A stretch of 63,377 nucleotides of DNA, counting the filler, from Octopus bimaculoides (taxonomy: Eukaryota), in assembly GCF_001194135.2 (NCBI RefSeq). It is 6 parts of 5 records of this genome, joined end to end, with 100 filler letters (N's around TTAATTAATTAA, not from the genome) between each part and the next. Parts side by side here need not be neighbours in the genome. Positions count along the whole stretch, not along the records: positions 22,141 to 40,334 come from NC_068988.1; 5 more parts are not named here. One strand, 5' to 3'. Of this stretch, positions 25,901-39,584 are shown in pieces. A model generated the notes under the pieces. It saw only the letters and a program-made list of their open reading frames with translations. It did not search any database and had not been told where the DNA came from. The translations under genes and the position numbers were made by a program. Numbering within the stretch: position 1 is the first letter of the stretch; each line of letters begins with the position of its first letter.

Positions 25901-28149
25901 CCCCCCTTTTTTTTAAATCCTACCTCTTTTTAAACATTTTTGATCAACGAATTAACAGGCATGTGTATGTGGACATCAAAATGAACAGGAAACGAATGAA
26001 AAACCGAGCTCTCGGTTTGATGCATTTTGTTCAACGCTTTAACAAGTTTGCCATTCTGTCGTAACAGCGAAAAGAAATCGAGCATTTTGTTATCTTAAAA
26101 ATTATAGAAATATTGCTTAAGATAATATGTGATTGAAACAAAATACTTTTCGCTACTGTATTCCATCCACTTATAAATCCAGTTACATAGAGGATGCAGA
26201 GTTGAAAACACTCATCAGATCAAATCACTTTTCATGTGAGGTTAGTCAACATGACACACGAAAAGCGCAAGACATTATCAAGTGACAATTTTGGTACCAG
26301 CTACTTAGAAAATAATATGTAGTGTTTTCCGGTATATTGTGATATACATCTACACCATGCCTCTCTACACACATATACGCACATACACACATATACACAT
26401 TTGTACACACATGCGCGCGCACACACACTCACACACACACACACACACACACACGTACAGACGCACATATATGATGCAAACACAATACATATATATTCCC
26501 AAACATCCATACATGCATATATATACATATACTACATATAAATAGACACGTGTACAACCATACACACGCGCATGCACACACAACACACAAACACTTATAA
26601 ATACACATACACACACGCACATGTTTACGTATCTAAATATGTATGCATGGATATGTATTAGTGTGTATACATACACACGTACACATGTAGAGAAGCATGT
26701 CATTGTGTATAGAATGTCATGCAAAGGCCTCTTAAACAGTGAACACCGCACATAATTAATGTATAACTTATTACGTAACTCTCTGTGGGTTTCAAAATAA
26801 ATTAAACAATATTCACGTTAGCTTTTTCCGTCTATGTTTTTGTTAGACAAACTGGTTCCTTAACTAACCAAATCTTAATTTACCATTCCAGTTAAATTGA
26901 TAATGTCGATGAGCAACATCTTCAAATGAAGTATTTATTCTATTTCAAGATTACACTTTTAATTAAATCATAAATAATGCTTACCGTTTAATATTTAGAC
27001 TATAAGTTGTACAATATATGAAACAAAATCAATAGAAATGATTTCATTAGTATATTGAATCGGAAAACAATTCAATACAATATTCATGCCGTTTTACATC
27101 GACGTCTTCGGAGAATTCCGATCACATACTGACTATAGCTTATCTATCTTAAGCATGCATCATAAAGAAAATTATCAATTTTGATTCAATGCAATGTTGA
27201 ATTATTGTGGTATGTGTATGTGGGCGTGAGTTATCAGACACGTTAGAGTACTAAACTAAATTTAACTCTGTTTCTTTTCGTCTACCTACTTTTCCGATTT
27301 CAATTGCCATTGGATTCCCACTGAGTTTTAAAAAAAAGATCAAAAGCAGCAATGAATCAATATTGAGGGAACCAGCTATATTTGTCACCTTAAAAAAAGT
27401 GTATGGGGTTTGACTGTGAAGAAGATTTTTAAATGTCAGCGGGAAAAACTTCAACACTATTCTGTTCTGATGATTCTAATACCTCTAACATATGGAGTTT
27501 GAGTACGATATTAATGGTTAGAATGTAGAGGTAATATTTTACCAAACCTGGATTGCGTATTCATACATTCTAAATCACCGCGAACAACAAGAAAGCAAAT
27601 GCTTATTCTACATTCTAGTATTCCAACTATTATCAATTTCAAAAGAAAAAGATCAATTAATACGTGAGAAAGACTTTAATTTTAACACAGACAAATTATT
27701 AGCCTTGTTAACGTTGAGGACTCGATATCAAATACCAGAGAAAGCATTAACAATGTTCTTACGATGATTACAAACGTGAAGTAGCGATACAATAGTTTTT
27801 ATGCTTCAGCTAGTCTCGTTGTGTTCAAGGCATTGTACGAACGTCGCTTAAAGTGTAATGCAAAACATTGTTCATTTTTATTTGCTGTGGTGGTCAAAAC
27901 ATGAGGAAGAAGGAGGGATAGTATATAATACATAAAATTCACAACAGAGGAAAGGTCGTACAAGTATGCATGTATGTATTTGTGTATGTATGTATATATT
28001 ACGCATGCAAGTATGTATGTATGTATGTATGTATGTATGTATGTGTGTATGTATGTATGTATGATAAATACGGGTAGAGCTCCTAGCTGGGATGGTTTTC
28101 CTGTCGAACTGCTGAAAGTTGGACGCTAAAAGTAACACATGTAACATTT

Positions 28150-29645
28150 AACCTCATCACCAAGAGCTGGACTGTCATCCCTATACCAAGAGATAGGATT
28201 GAAAGCATTTGAGTGTTTTTGTTCTTGAGTAAAATGAACAAAAGAGATTTTTAACCACGACCCTGTCATCATACCACACACCTGAAGGCGATCGGCAAAG
28301 TGTTTGCTAGACTTTTTTGAACAGACTGATAGAAAATATCTGTGCTGCAGTCAACTCTGAATCACAAAATTGCTTTAGATCAGGTAAAGAAACAATCGAC
28401 ATGATACACCCTGCTAGACAAGTTGGTGCCGTTATATTAAGTCTTTGTAGATTTTACGAAAGATCTAGATAGTTAACAGAGATAAACTGTGAACACTCCT
28501 TGGAAAGCATTTGCAACAAGACGTGAAGTCTCCGTCGTCTTTAACAGAAAATTGTTTGACGAAGTTCCGATTGACAATGAAGTAAAGCAAGGTGATATTC
28601 CTACTCCCACACTCTTTACAATATTTTCTACTGTTCTACTTATGCGTGCATTCCATGACTGCACGGGTGTCTTTCTTCTCGAAGTTCAGAATTACTGGAA
28701 AGTCTTCTACTGAAGAAAGTTCAACTTAATATAGGAAACGTTTGAAACTTTGATCAGGAAACTCCTATTATGCAGATGATATTAACTTCATGGTTCATAC
28801 TGTTGATGATATACAACACGTTATAAATTGTTCTGTTGCTTCATGTTGCCTTTGGTCTTAAAATTAGTCTGAAAAAAGAAATATAAGGTAATGTTCACAC
28901 CTGCCTCAAGCGGACTATATATCTAGCCAGATATCGTAGAATACAGTACAAGATTGAAGTAGTTGACACTAGTTTACCTGGGGAGCATGTTGTCGAAAGA
29001 TGGATCCCTAGATGCGCATCTACGCATCTAGAAAGAATCTGTAGCATTTGGGAATCTTGAAAACAGAGTCTGGATAAATTGCAGCATCACCAACAAAACC
29101 AAACTGAACATTTACAAGGTGTGCATACTAATGGCTCTATTGTACTCTTCCGAAACATGGACAGTACACTGTAGGCATCTCATCATATCTACTCAGATGC
29201 ATTCGGCAGGTTATGTTGTACGTATAGAAAATGATAATATTCCAAAGCAGTTGTTCTACAGTGAGTTGTGCAATGGAAAGCATCCACAGCACTAACTACA
29301 AAAGAGGCACAAAGACTGCACAAAAGGTGACCGGAGAGACAGATCAATATAAAGAACAAGGATGAACTAGCTTTGGAAAGAGCTGAATGAAGGATGCGTA
29401 TAAGGGTAACTTGTAAAACTTTTAAAGGAGGTTTCTTTGAACACGAAAACCTGAACCTCAATGAGAGCATAATATGCTGGAGATTTGAAACGCCTGACCG
29501 GGTACACCTTCTCAAGACTGGGTGAATATGTCCAGTCAATCATGTGGAAGTTACAAATTTCATCTGTCATCTATGTTTCAAACCAGGCACATCTGCAGCA
29601 GGACTGAATAATCATCTGGGAGGTCATAGACGGAATGTCAGAAAT
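28150..29645 (+). mobile_element. RTE-clade LINE RT region, decayed
   Basis: ESQNCFRSGKETIDM, VKQGDIPTPTLF, YADD at about 28770, VYLGSMLS, LLYSSETW. Confidence 0.85.
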
Positions 29646-31559
29646 GTCATTCACAACGAGGAGGTCATAGAGACGGTAATCATTTGTGAAGAGGGGCAAT
29701 CAACGTGTATATACGGACATATGGGCGTACGTATGTGTGCATGTGTCTGTGTGTATGTATGTATGTATGTATGTATGTATGTATGTATGTACGTACGTAT
29801 GTATGTATGTATGTATGTATGTATGCATGCATGCATGTATACATGTATATATCTGTATTTGTGTCAGCGTTAAGTATTAAAATATTTCTGTGCTGAACAA
29901 AAATACTTAACAGTACCAAGTTCTGATGCAATTGTCTTCCCTTAACCCCGCGTTTCTTCCATTCCGTTTCCTGTATAGTCAATAAAGTATGTATTAAACA
30001 AAATACTGGTTTCAATAGATCTTTAGAGGCAGTGATCAAGCATAGTTATAATCTTATGACTTACACCAGTAAAATAATATGGGAACTATAGCATCCCTAG
30101 AATACAGAAAAAGGAAAACATTGTAATAATTATAAATCTTAACAAATCACCATAACCATATAAGTGCTACATATATCCATCCCCTTTCTGCATACACTCT
30201 GGAAATTCGATAAAGACTTGTTGATATCGCTAACCCACAATATACATCCAGACCTCTAAATTAACACTTGACTCAATAAACCTACAGAAAAAGTGCATGA
30301 TATTTTAGCAATAAGAAAAGACGTTAAAAGACAAATAAAAATGACTATTATAACTCCGGTTGACATAAAGAGAACTTGTGATTCCATTTCTCTGTAGGTA
30401 CCTTCTAAAAATTGTTAAACGACTCTTTAAGAAATACACACAGCGTTAGTTTTCCGTTTGGAATTAATGAGTAACATTAATAACTGCCATTTTAAACTGC
30501 TTCCTGATTCACAACCGCGTCATCGCCAATAGTGCTTTCTATACTTTCTATTCTAGAGATGTACAAGCTTTTGCTGTCAAATTTTATTTAACACAGGATG
30601 CGTTTTCTTGTATTTCGTATTTTGTATTTTTTTAATTAAGACCTTTTTGTTCCAATACTAAAACGCATTCCAATATTGCAGCGTCAAAGTCAAATAAAAT
30701 CCATACTAACCACCTTACTAGACAATCTTTCCTTTCTTACATGCATTTATGAAGCTAGTCCCTGACATGATATTTCCACCATCATCTCTTACACAACCAC
30801 TAAGCATTATTTCACTATTTCATATACAAATCACGTCTCCTATTTCTAATTTATCTTTAATAAGCAAACTACACTCTTTTCTTTAAACTTTACTCAAAAC
30901 GATTTATCTGCATTGATATAGAGTCCTCTCTTCTTCTCATTCACTTCCTTCAATTGGATTTCATCAATACTGACTCCAGTTAGTTTGGCCCAATATCGTC
31001 AAAGTTCATCTGTTGCCTCAGGTGCAGGACAAACTCATTCAATTACCAACAGTTTTTCGATTAAGTTGTCTTTTGCATGGAGAAGGTCAATCTTATCATA
31101 TTGGGAACATCGTTTCCTCGTAAACCATCCTTACGTTCGTCATAAAATGTACAATAACATTCAAATTCAAAGCGACAAGCGATCTATTCTCAGCTAAGGC
31201 ACAGCCATACTGCATACAGTGTTTTTTTCTTCTCTTGAGCGAAGTTATTCAATATCATCAACTAGCAGGCGTATATGCACTGCTATTTTATCAACCGAGA
31301 AAATAATTTAGGTCCGTTTTGTCAGGAGCAATAGAGAAATCCTAAAACGCAAATGTCTCAGAAGCTGACAACATCACAAATATACACCAATAAAATCTTA
31401 GGGTCCAAAGAATCCCCGGACTCATTATTGGTGCTAAAGTATAACATATCCAAGGTTACGGATATGTGGGTCATATTTCTGACTATATTTGTACTATGTG
31501 TATGTTCAATAAGAGCAATCTTAAAACTTACGCAACTGCATTAATGCCTTTAAGATTAC

Positions 31560-31960
31560 ATCAGAAAAAAACAATATTGCCTTTATCCTTACACACCCGC
31601 AAGCTGTTCAACACATCACTGTTGCAAACGGGAACCCTGTTAGCATTGAAAATACTACATATATTGCTTTAATCAGCAAATTCTTTGGCTGAGTTTTGTA
31701 CGAGTATTTTCTGGTAAAATTGCGTGCTTATGGTCTCCGTTTAGCTCTCTGATGCTTTATTGGACGTTTCCAGCAAGGGTGTAACATTGCAGCGTATGCT
31801 GACCAAACTCTTTCCAATTTTGCATTAACATTAAACTCAGTAATATCTGCCATTCTTTCCTTTCTTCATATCAGTTACTTAGCTGATGATATTTAACAAC
31901 ACAGTCATTTGCAGATTGTACTACGATTCACATTTTCTTAAACATGAGAATATACCTATC
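31560..31960 (+). mobile_element. CR1-like RT relic
   Basis: SKFFG.V.YEYFLVKLRAYGL (SKAFDxV...LLxKL-like) and LADD. Confidence 0.45.
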
Positions 31961-33179
31961 ATTCACAAATAACTTCAACTATTCCTACCAGACATATACT
32001 GACTCTGTAAACAGGAATCATCAAAGAAGTTTTGAATGAGAACATGATGTCTTTGTCACTTTTAACAGCATAAGATGTGTATCACTACACTTATAGAAGC
32101 TTGTACTTCACACTATATAGTCTAAAATAACAGAATAATTCGATTACAACCCTTTCAGTATCTAGAAACGGTACGCGATTCGTTACGCGAAACGTTACAT
32201 GGAATAGTGTAACGTATATATATAGCAGGAGGATATATATACATATATACATATATATATNNNNNNNNNNNNNNNNNNNNNNNNNNNNNNNNNNNNNNNN
32301 NNNNNNNNNNNNNNNNNNNNNNNNNNNNNNNNNNNNNNNNNNNNNNNNNNNNNNNNNNNNNNNNNNNNNNNNNNNNNNNNNNNNNNNNNNNNNNNNNNNN
32401 NNNNNNNNNNNNNNNNNNNNNNNNNNNNNNNNNNNNNNNNNNNNNNNNNNNNNNNNNNNNNNNNNNNNNNNNNNNNNNNNNNNNNNNNNNNNNNNNNNNN
32501 NNNNNNNNNNNNNNNNNNNNNNNNNNNNNNNNNNNNNNNNNNNNNNNNNNNNNNNNNNNNNNNNNNNNNNNNNNNNNNNNNNNNNNNNNNNNNNNNNNNN
32601 NNNNNNNNNNNNNNNNNNNNNNNNNNNNNNNNNNNNNNNNNNNNNNNNNNNNNNNNNNNNNNNNNNNNNNNNNNNNNNNNNNNNNNNNNNNNNNNNNNNN
32701 NNNNNNNNNNNNNNNNNNNNNNNNNNNNNNNNNNNNNNNNNNNNNNNNNNNNNNNNNNNNNNNNNNNNNNNNNNNNNNNNNNNNNNNNNNNNNNNNNNNN
32801 NNNNNNNNNNNNNNNNNNNNNNNNNNNNNNNNNNNNNNNNNNNNNNNNNNNNNNNNNNNNNNNNNNNNNNNNNNNNNNNNNNNNNNNNNNNNNNNNNNNN
32901 NNNNNNNNNNNNNNNNNNNNNNNNNNNNNNNNNNNNNNNNNNNNNNNNNNNNNNNNNNNNNNNNNNNNNNNNNNNNNNNNNNNNNNNNNNNNNNNNNNNN
33001 NNNNNNNNNNNNNNNNNNNNNNNNNNNNNNNNNNNNNNNNNNNNNNNNNNNNNNNNNNNNNNNNNNNNNNNNNNNNNNNNNNNNNNNNNNNNNNNNNNNN
33101 NNNNNNNNNNNNNNNNNNNNNNNNNNNNNNNNNNNNNNNNNNNNNNNNNNNNNNNNNNNGCGGTACTGGAAATTAATAG

Positions 33180-33437
33180 TTATCGCCAAGCCAACATGGC
33201 AGTCCCAAAATTAGGACGAAAGCTGCCGTGAATTAGCTCCAAGAAGCGATCGTCTCTAGCTAGCTATGTGACACACGAAACCTGTGTCCTTTATAACCTT
33301 CGAACAGGGGAGGTCAGCAGTTTCCCCTTGCTGGTTTGGCATCTGCAGACTAGTTTCAGGGTGTTGCCCCTTATCAATGCAGAGCAGCCAAGCTCCAGCC
33401 AGGCGGCGCTGCTGACTATCTGTTCGAAGGTTATTTA
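33180..33437. repeat. Structured element with a 15-bp perfect inverted repeat and a bulged hairpin
   Basis: ATAACCTTCGAACAG (33293-33307) / CTGTTCGAAGGTTAT (33420-33434); hairpin GGCAG...CTGCC at 33198-33227. Confidence 0.6.
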
Positions 33438-33541
33438 TCTAATTTCAGTGGAATCTATCCACTGGTTTTCAGAAATAGGGTTATTAATATTTCACACGTA
33501 TGCATAATATATATGCATATATATAATAATAAAAATAATAA

Positions 33542-33608
<67 letters not shown>

Positions 33609-33919
33609 CGCGAATTTTTTCCCACGAGAGTTCTGGACCCCAGTAAAGTACTCATTTGCACACAACCAATCAGAGCTCACCTTCACCATGTCAAGTTAAC
33701 AAATGTTGGCATTCAAAATGGTGACCTCCGATTACCATGCGAATCTTGTACTGTGCTCTCATTCAGATGCTAATATCATCGATACTGAACTCATACGCTA
33801 GTTAGCGATAGGTTTGAATTACTATAGCAATCAAAGATAAAGTTCTGGACGAATATGAAAGTACGGAAACTGCTTGAAGATTTTATAAATATACTGTGGT
33901 CAATATTCTGAAAATAGCA

Positions 33920-34058
33920 CTCCGCCGAGGTCAGTTTTGCCTTACATCTTTTCGGAGTCGATAAATTTAAATACCGGTTGTGTTCTGGGTTCGATCTAAT
34001 CGACTGGTCCCCTCCCAAAAAATTTCGGGCCTTGTGCCTTGAGTAGAAAAGAATATTT
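33920..34058 (+). mobile_element. SINE family A, 5'-truncated
   Basis: CCGCCGAGGTC...GATCTAATCGACTGG...GGGCCTTGTGCCTTGAGTAGAAAAGAAT. Confidence 0.8.
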
Positions 34059-36859
34059 GTAAACAACGTGTTATGTCTCAGGCAATTTTATTTCATGTAA
34101 ATAAATATTATTTAGCTGTAATTTTTAGCACACCTTACAACCACCAGTGTTTAATGCAAATGCGATAAACAACACGTTACATGCTATAAACCCATTACAA
34201 TCTTTAACAGAAACATTTAGAAGAATTAGATGAAAGTTCCCCGGTAATTTTCTTTCATGTCTATAAATGTTTATGTTAATTTAAAAGAGAAAAACAGTTA
34301 GTTTTAAATTTGTGTGCGAGATGTTGACAAAAAGAAACTTCCATTTAAAAGATTTATCCAAAAAAATTGTATTGGATTCAATGCGTGTGTCTTTTACATA
34401 ATAAAAATATTGAGGAAGGGTTATTGATTTAATCTGAATCGCATTATTGTTTATATTATTAAAATTTCTAATTCTTTAAGTTCGGTCCATAGAATGAGAT
34501 AGTCATCCAAGGCATTCAAGGTTGACTATGCATCTGCGCATACGCAGTGAAAGATCTCTTGAAGACAACCGATAGTTGGCCGTGTATGCAAGTCTCCACT
34601 CTGCCGCTGTTTCAAGGTTTTCCATGCGAAATGTCACCAAATTGGGCCTATAAATTTCGGCAACCGTGACATCAGAGGCATTGCTGTCAAGACAGCTGAA
34701 ATACATACCGCAAGGTATCTATTCCGACGCTCTAATAACTGTGTAACTCCACTGCGCATACATTTTTATCACCCCAGAAAGAATGAAAACCAAAGTTGAC
34801 TTCGGTGTGATTTGAATTTAGAGTTTAAAGGGTCGTAAAAAATACCGTTGGATATTCTATCCACGCACTAATGACTCCGCCAGTTTTCTTCCTTTTTTTT
34901 TCTTTTTCATTTATCGCTATTTTAAGTATTAATCCTTGGCATTTTCATCCTTTGAATATGCAGTGTCAAGTACATTAAAACAGCATTGCTTTTGACTAGT
35001 TTTGGATAAACTCATTTTGCTTTCAAGACGAACTGCTTCTGCTTTAGAAGCACTATTTGTCATGTTGTTCACGACGGATAAATTGTAAATTAACGATGAT
35101 TTCTTATTTTAGGCGTTCTTTGATTTCGAGATAATGTATTTGTGTACAATTAGTCTCTCTTTCTCTCAATTATATATTTTCAATATTTATTCTATTAAAG
35201 TTTGCGGAAATTAGTCTTTATTCATTTGTTATTGTAAGTTTGTTACCCACGTTCTTTAGTTTAGTGGTTCTTATATGAAAAATACATGAGGAAGTAACCA
35301 CTTTACTTTGTGACTATTACATATAGTGTTTCATTCATCGTGATATTGACATTTTCCTCAAGCTTAGGATGGCCAGATTTTGAATTTTGCTATTGTTTAT
35401 TTAGCTTCATGGTTTATCGTTAATTGATCCACAGAAGGAATTGTCGATTTTAAGCACTTAACTATTTCCAATATTAGATCATTTACATCTTCAATATTTT
35501 GACCATTAAGTTTTGGGTTTTTTTTAAATTAGATCTTTGAAATATTATCTTTTATACCAACGTTCCTTTGTGTTGATCTTGCATAGATTTTGTTGGTTAG
35601 TATTCTGGAATAATTTCGACAGATTATTTGGTTTTGTTCTATTTTAATTGTCTTACGTGTGCTGGTTCAATGTTCACGATTTACAGTCTCAACGTTTATA
35701 ATTTTTAAGATTATATTTTCATTGTTTTGCATAATGGTGGCTTTTTATAACACCATTCGTTTTTACTTTATTTCTCTTTTCTATACAGGATACTGTTTCG
35801 GTTATGAGAAACTATCTTTTGAAATTGACCACTGTATATCATGGCTATTTTCTCTACTGCTATTACACGTTTAGTATTAAATTATTGCTATGTTAACAGT
35901 GTTTCATATTATTAAAATAATATAGTATAGAACATATCATTAGATTTATTTGCCAAAACACTGTGTTACAGCGATTGCAAATGACACAGCGTGCAATATG
36001 TTCGTGAACAGGAAAAGGAAGAAATAGTAGCACGTAAGTTTCAATATTTGTTGGAATCATCGTTGACAACTGTGTATCGCCACTAATTATCCACGAATAG
36101 ATTGCGTATAAACAAATATTAAGAATTAAATCTTGCAAAGAACAATTTGCATATTTAACATTTTTCTTGGCAGCTAGAGAGAACATTAAATTACTAAGGC
36201 GATAAAAATGGAATGAAAAACACACCAGTAATTTACTGTTCTATCGAGCTGTCAAAAATGTGTTAAACATGCAAATTATGTCTATTCAATTAATTTTGAA
36301 AAATAAAGTATTCCAATACTCAAATATGCATGCAGTACCAGTTAGTGCTTTTCTGTATGATTTGTGTATGTAGATACCAAGGGGTTTTAGTGTGTTCTTA
36401 TTCACATAATCTTAACTAATTCACCAGCCACTTATTAAGATAGGAAGCTTTTCGGTTTTCAGTTTGCACGTTCTGGTAAACTTTAATTCTAGATCTTTCT
36501 CTTTAGAGAATTTCTCCATTTTCATAGAGATGCGTTTTTGTCAGCTTCGTAGGGAGTGGAATTTCTTTCGTTGATTTTTGATGAGAATATCCGGGTCTTT
36601 ACTCTCTGCTTATTTAGATTGCCTTACCAAAGTGCTGCTGTTTTGACATTCTCTGACACGTTCTGCCATATGATTTTACCACTTATTTTCCGTGGTTATT
36701 TCGTAATGCTGAAAGACGGCGAGCTGGCGGAATCGTTATCACTCTGAAAAGCTTGGCGGCATTTCGCCCGTCTCTACTTTCTATATTCAAATTCTGCTGA
36801 GGTCGCCTTTTACCTCCTCAATTCTGTCATCCCTATAAATTTATTTTCTTCCTTTTCTT

Positions 36860-37560
36860 TTGGTTAAGAGCAGGCAGCCAGAAACAATCTGGTTCATTAC
36901 ATTTTCCCAAACCATCACATTTAATTTATTCTGCTTCGTTACAAGCTTTTTTTATATTTTCAGGTGGTAAGTCTTTGATCCTTCACTGCAATTTATAATC
37001 CTTCAGATTTAGCTTTTTAAGTACTGCACTTTTCAATCGGTACAACGATATTTCTATATCTATTTCCGCCAAGTTCAAGTTTCTTCTTTTTTTTTTTAGG
37101 GGCTTTTCTTACCAGCCTTTGCATGATCATATCGACTCTTTTCCCGTTTAGTGTTTAAAATCTTCAAATTTTTTTCTCCTTCTTCCTTACAAACAGCTAT
37201 TCTTCACTTCAGTTTCTGTTTTGCTGTAGTTGTTAGCTTCCTTGAAGAGAATGTTTTTTTTTTCTTCGTGTTTTGTCGCAATTTGATATTTGTGTAGGAA
37301 CATCAGTGCCCAGCCTCCTAACATGGGTGGAAAATGTAAGCTTACTGTTATATTTTGAATCGTGTATTTTTAATATAGTCATCACTTTTCTTATTCTCCA
37401 TCTAAACTTAATATATTCAGCGTTCGGTTGAGAACATTATATTGTAAGGAAAGCTAAGCTTTCATCATATTATAATGAATTAAATAGGCATTATATTTAA
37501 TTCTGTTTTAAGTATTAATCTAATACGTCTATAATATTCCTTCCCTGACTTTTAACTCGT
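36860..37560 (-). mobile_element. R4/Dong-clade LINE fragment (RT end to zinc knuckle), decayed
   Basis: EYYRRIRLILKTELN, IRKVMTILKIH, EGL.IAVKDQRLTT, IVSGCPAL motifs. Confidence 0.65.
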
Positions 37561-37758
37561 GTGTGCGTGTGTTCTACTTTGTTTTGTTCATTGATTTGTA
37601 TTTTTATTTATGTTTATTTTCTAATTTCTTTATCTCCGTGTCTTGCGTGCTTATCGATTTAATTTTATTATTTCCGAAGTATCATTGGTGGCCCTCATAT
37701 CAATTCATCATCATCGTCGTCGTCGTCGTTGTTGTTGTTGTTGTTGTTGTTGTTGCTT

Positions 37759-37835
<77 letters not shown>

Positions 37836-38348
37836 GTGAGAGAAGAGTGCATGCCATCAAAGTGATACTGGGGGAAAATATACGAAGCCCAGTATACCCA
37901 ACACGATTACCCGTCTGATAAGAGTACACCAGGCACATGCATCACAACTATATGTGCGCAACATAGTGATCTAATATCAAGATAAACAGCACATGACCTT
38001 GCAGGTGGGGCCCAGTTAGAATTTTCTTCAGATCGAGTAGCCCAATTCGCTCAATACACCCATATTTCCAAAGGTGAATTATCCAAACCCCAAAGAATTC
38101 TCCTCAACACATAGCTATGATGCTCCTCCACTACTTCTGCTCATGATCATAGATGCACATATCGTCAGCCGCTAAAGGACATGCTCAACTTGTTAAGGCC
38201 AAACAATTGACAAGCAAATCTGTGGTATTGAGCAGAATATCTGCTGTAGACCGTCTTTTATATCAAGACAAAACAATGTACATGATAATACTTCCAATCA
38301 GTTAAGGACAGAAGCCATGAGAGCCACTGTCTGGAACTGCATCAGGGC

Positions 38349-38352
<4 letters not shown>
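37836..38352 (-). mobile_element. ORF-less family C element inserted in (TAA)n, internally deleted
   Basis: Colinear with 55514-56072; flanked on both sides by (TAT)n; strand inferred. Confidence 0.8.
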
Positions 38353-38397
<45 letters not shown>

Positions 38398-38960
38398 GAG
38401 TGAGAGAGAAATGCATGTCATCAAAGTGACACCGGGGGTACAAATATACGATGTCCAATATACCCATCATGACTACCAGTCCTTTAAGGGTATACCAGGC
38501 ACATGCATCACAACCACATGTGGGTGACAGGATGATCTCATAACAAGATACACAGTACATGGTCTTGCAGATGGGACCCAGTTAGATTTTCTTCAGGTCG
38601 AGTAGCCCATCCCGCTCAAAAGGTCTCTTATTAAGGGTTGTTTAAGGATGATGAACGAAACATCCATGTTTCTAGAAGTGAGTTATTCAAACCCCAAAGA
38701 ATTCCTTTCAACACAAGGCTATGGTGCTCCCACACTACTTCTGCTCGTGATTATAAATGCACATATCGCCAGCCATTAAGTGACATGCTCAACTGGTTAT
38801 GGTCAAGTAACTGTGGTACTGGTCAAGTAACTGTAGTACTTAGCAGAATATTTGTTGTACCCCATTTTTTTATACCAAGACAAAACGATGTACATGATAG
38901 CACTTCTAACCAGTTAAAATGAGAAGCCACGAGAGCCACTGCTTGGTACTGCATCAGGAG
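38398..38960 (-). mobile_element. Family C element, second tandem copy
   Basis: Same termini (GTGAGAGAG...GCATGYCATCAAAGTGA; GGTACTGCATCAGG) between (TAT)n tracts. Confidence 0.85.
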
Positions 38961-38988
38961 ATTATTATTATATGCCCGGATGCAGTAC

Positions 38989-39052
<64 letters not shown>

Positions 39053-39053
39053 G

Positions 39054-39085
<32 letters not shown>

Positions 39086-39129
39086 GTTGTTGCTGTTGTT
39101 GTTGTTGTGGTTGCTGTTATTGTTGTTAT

Positions 39130-39349
39130 TCCTTCGTAACACAGTGTAGGTAAAAATGCATCGGAGTCTTTAGTCATCTGTCAAGTCACAGCAAGGAAAT
39201 CAGACAGATAATATTTCCCTTAAGATGTGTGCTGTGCTCAATAATGTTGCTTTTTGCAAGACATCAATCTTGCACGGGATTTCCATTTGCCTTAAGAAGT
39301 TTTGAAGTTTCAATGGAATTGAGCCCAACACTCCGATCACCACTGGTAT
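39130..39349 (-). mobile_element. R4/Dong LINE 3' end (family Dong-1), 5'-truncated
   Basis: IPVVIGVLGSIPLKLQNFL...LQKATLLSTAHILREILSV* is the typical RLE C-terminus; short 3' UTR; embedded in (TAA)n/(CAA)n. Confidence 0.85.
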
Positions 39350-39365
39350 TATTATTATTATTATG

Positions 39366-39397
<32 letters not shown>

Positions 39398-39399
39398 CA

Positions 39400-39455
<56 letters not shown>

Positions 39456-39458
<3 letters not shown>

Positions 39459-39584
39459 TAGTCTTACTTTTTTCACGTGCTTTCACTGCACTACCGAGCG
39501 CAGCTTTATGTGCCTCATGTGCTGTGGTTTGTTGTGGTGCTCTTATTTTCACTGTTTTGAAAGTGTTTTACGTAGGATGTGTGC
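39456..39584 (-). mobile_element. R4/Dong LINE 3' end (family Dong-2)
   Basis: AHILRKTLSKQ* plus 3' UTR followed by (TAA)n; homologous to 60762-60895. Confidence 0.75.

Noticed and set aside
34503-34706. 67-aa minus-strand ORF of normal complexity
   Set aside because: It directly follows a degenerate SINE-like head; no recognisable domain or consistent splice pair
35100-36250. Possible APE endonuclease relic on the minus strand (WIISGD); similar hints at 30400-30800 and 50150-50250
   Set aside because: Too degenerate to support a family call by eye
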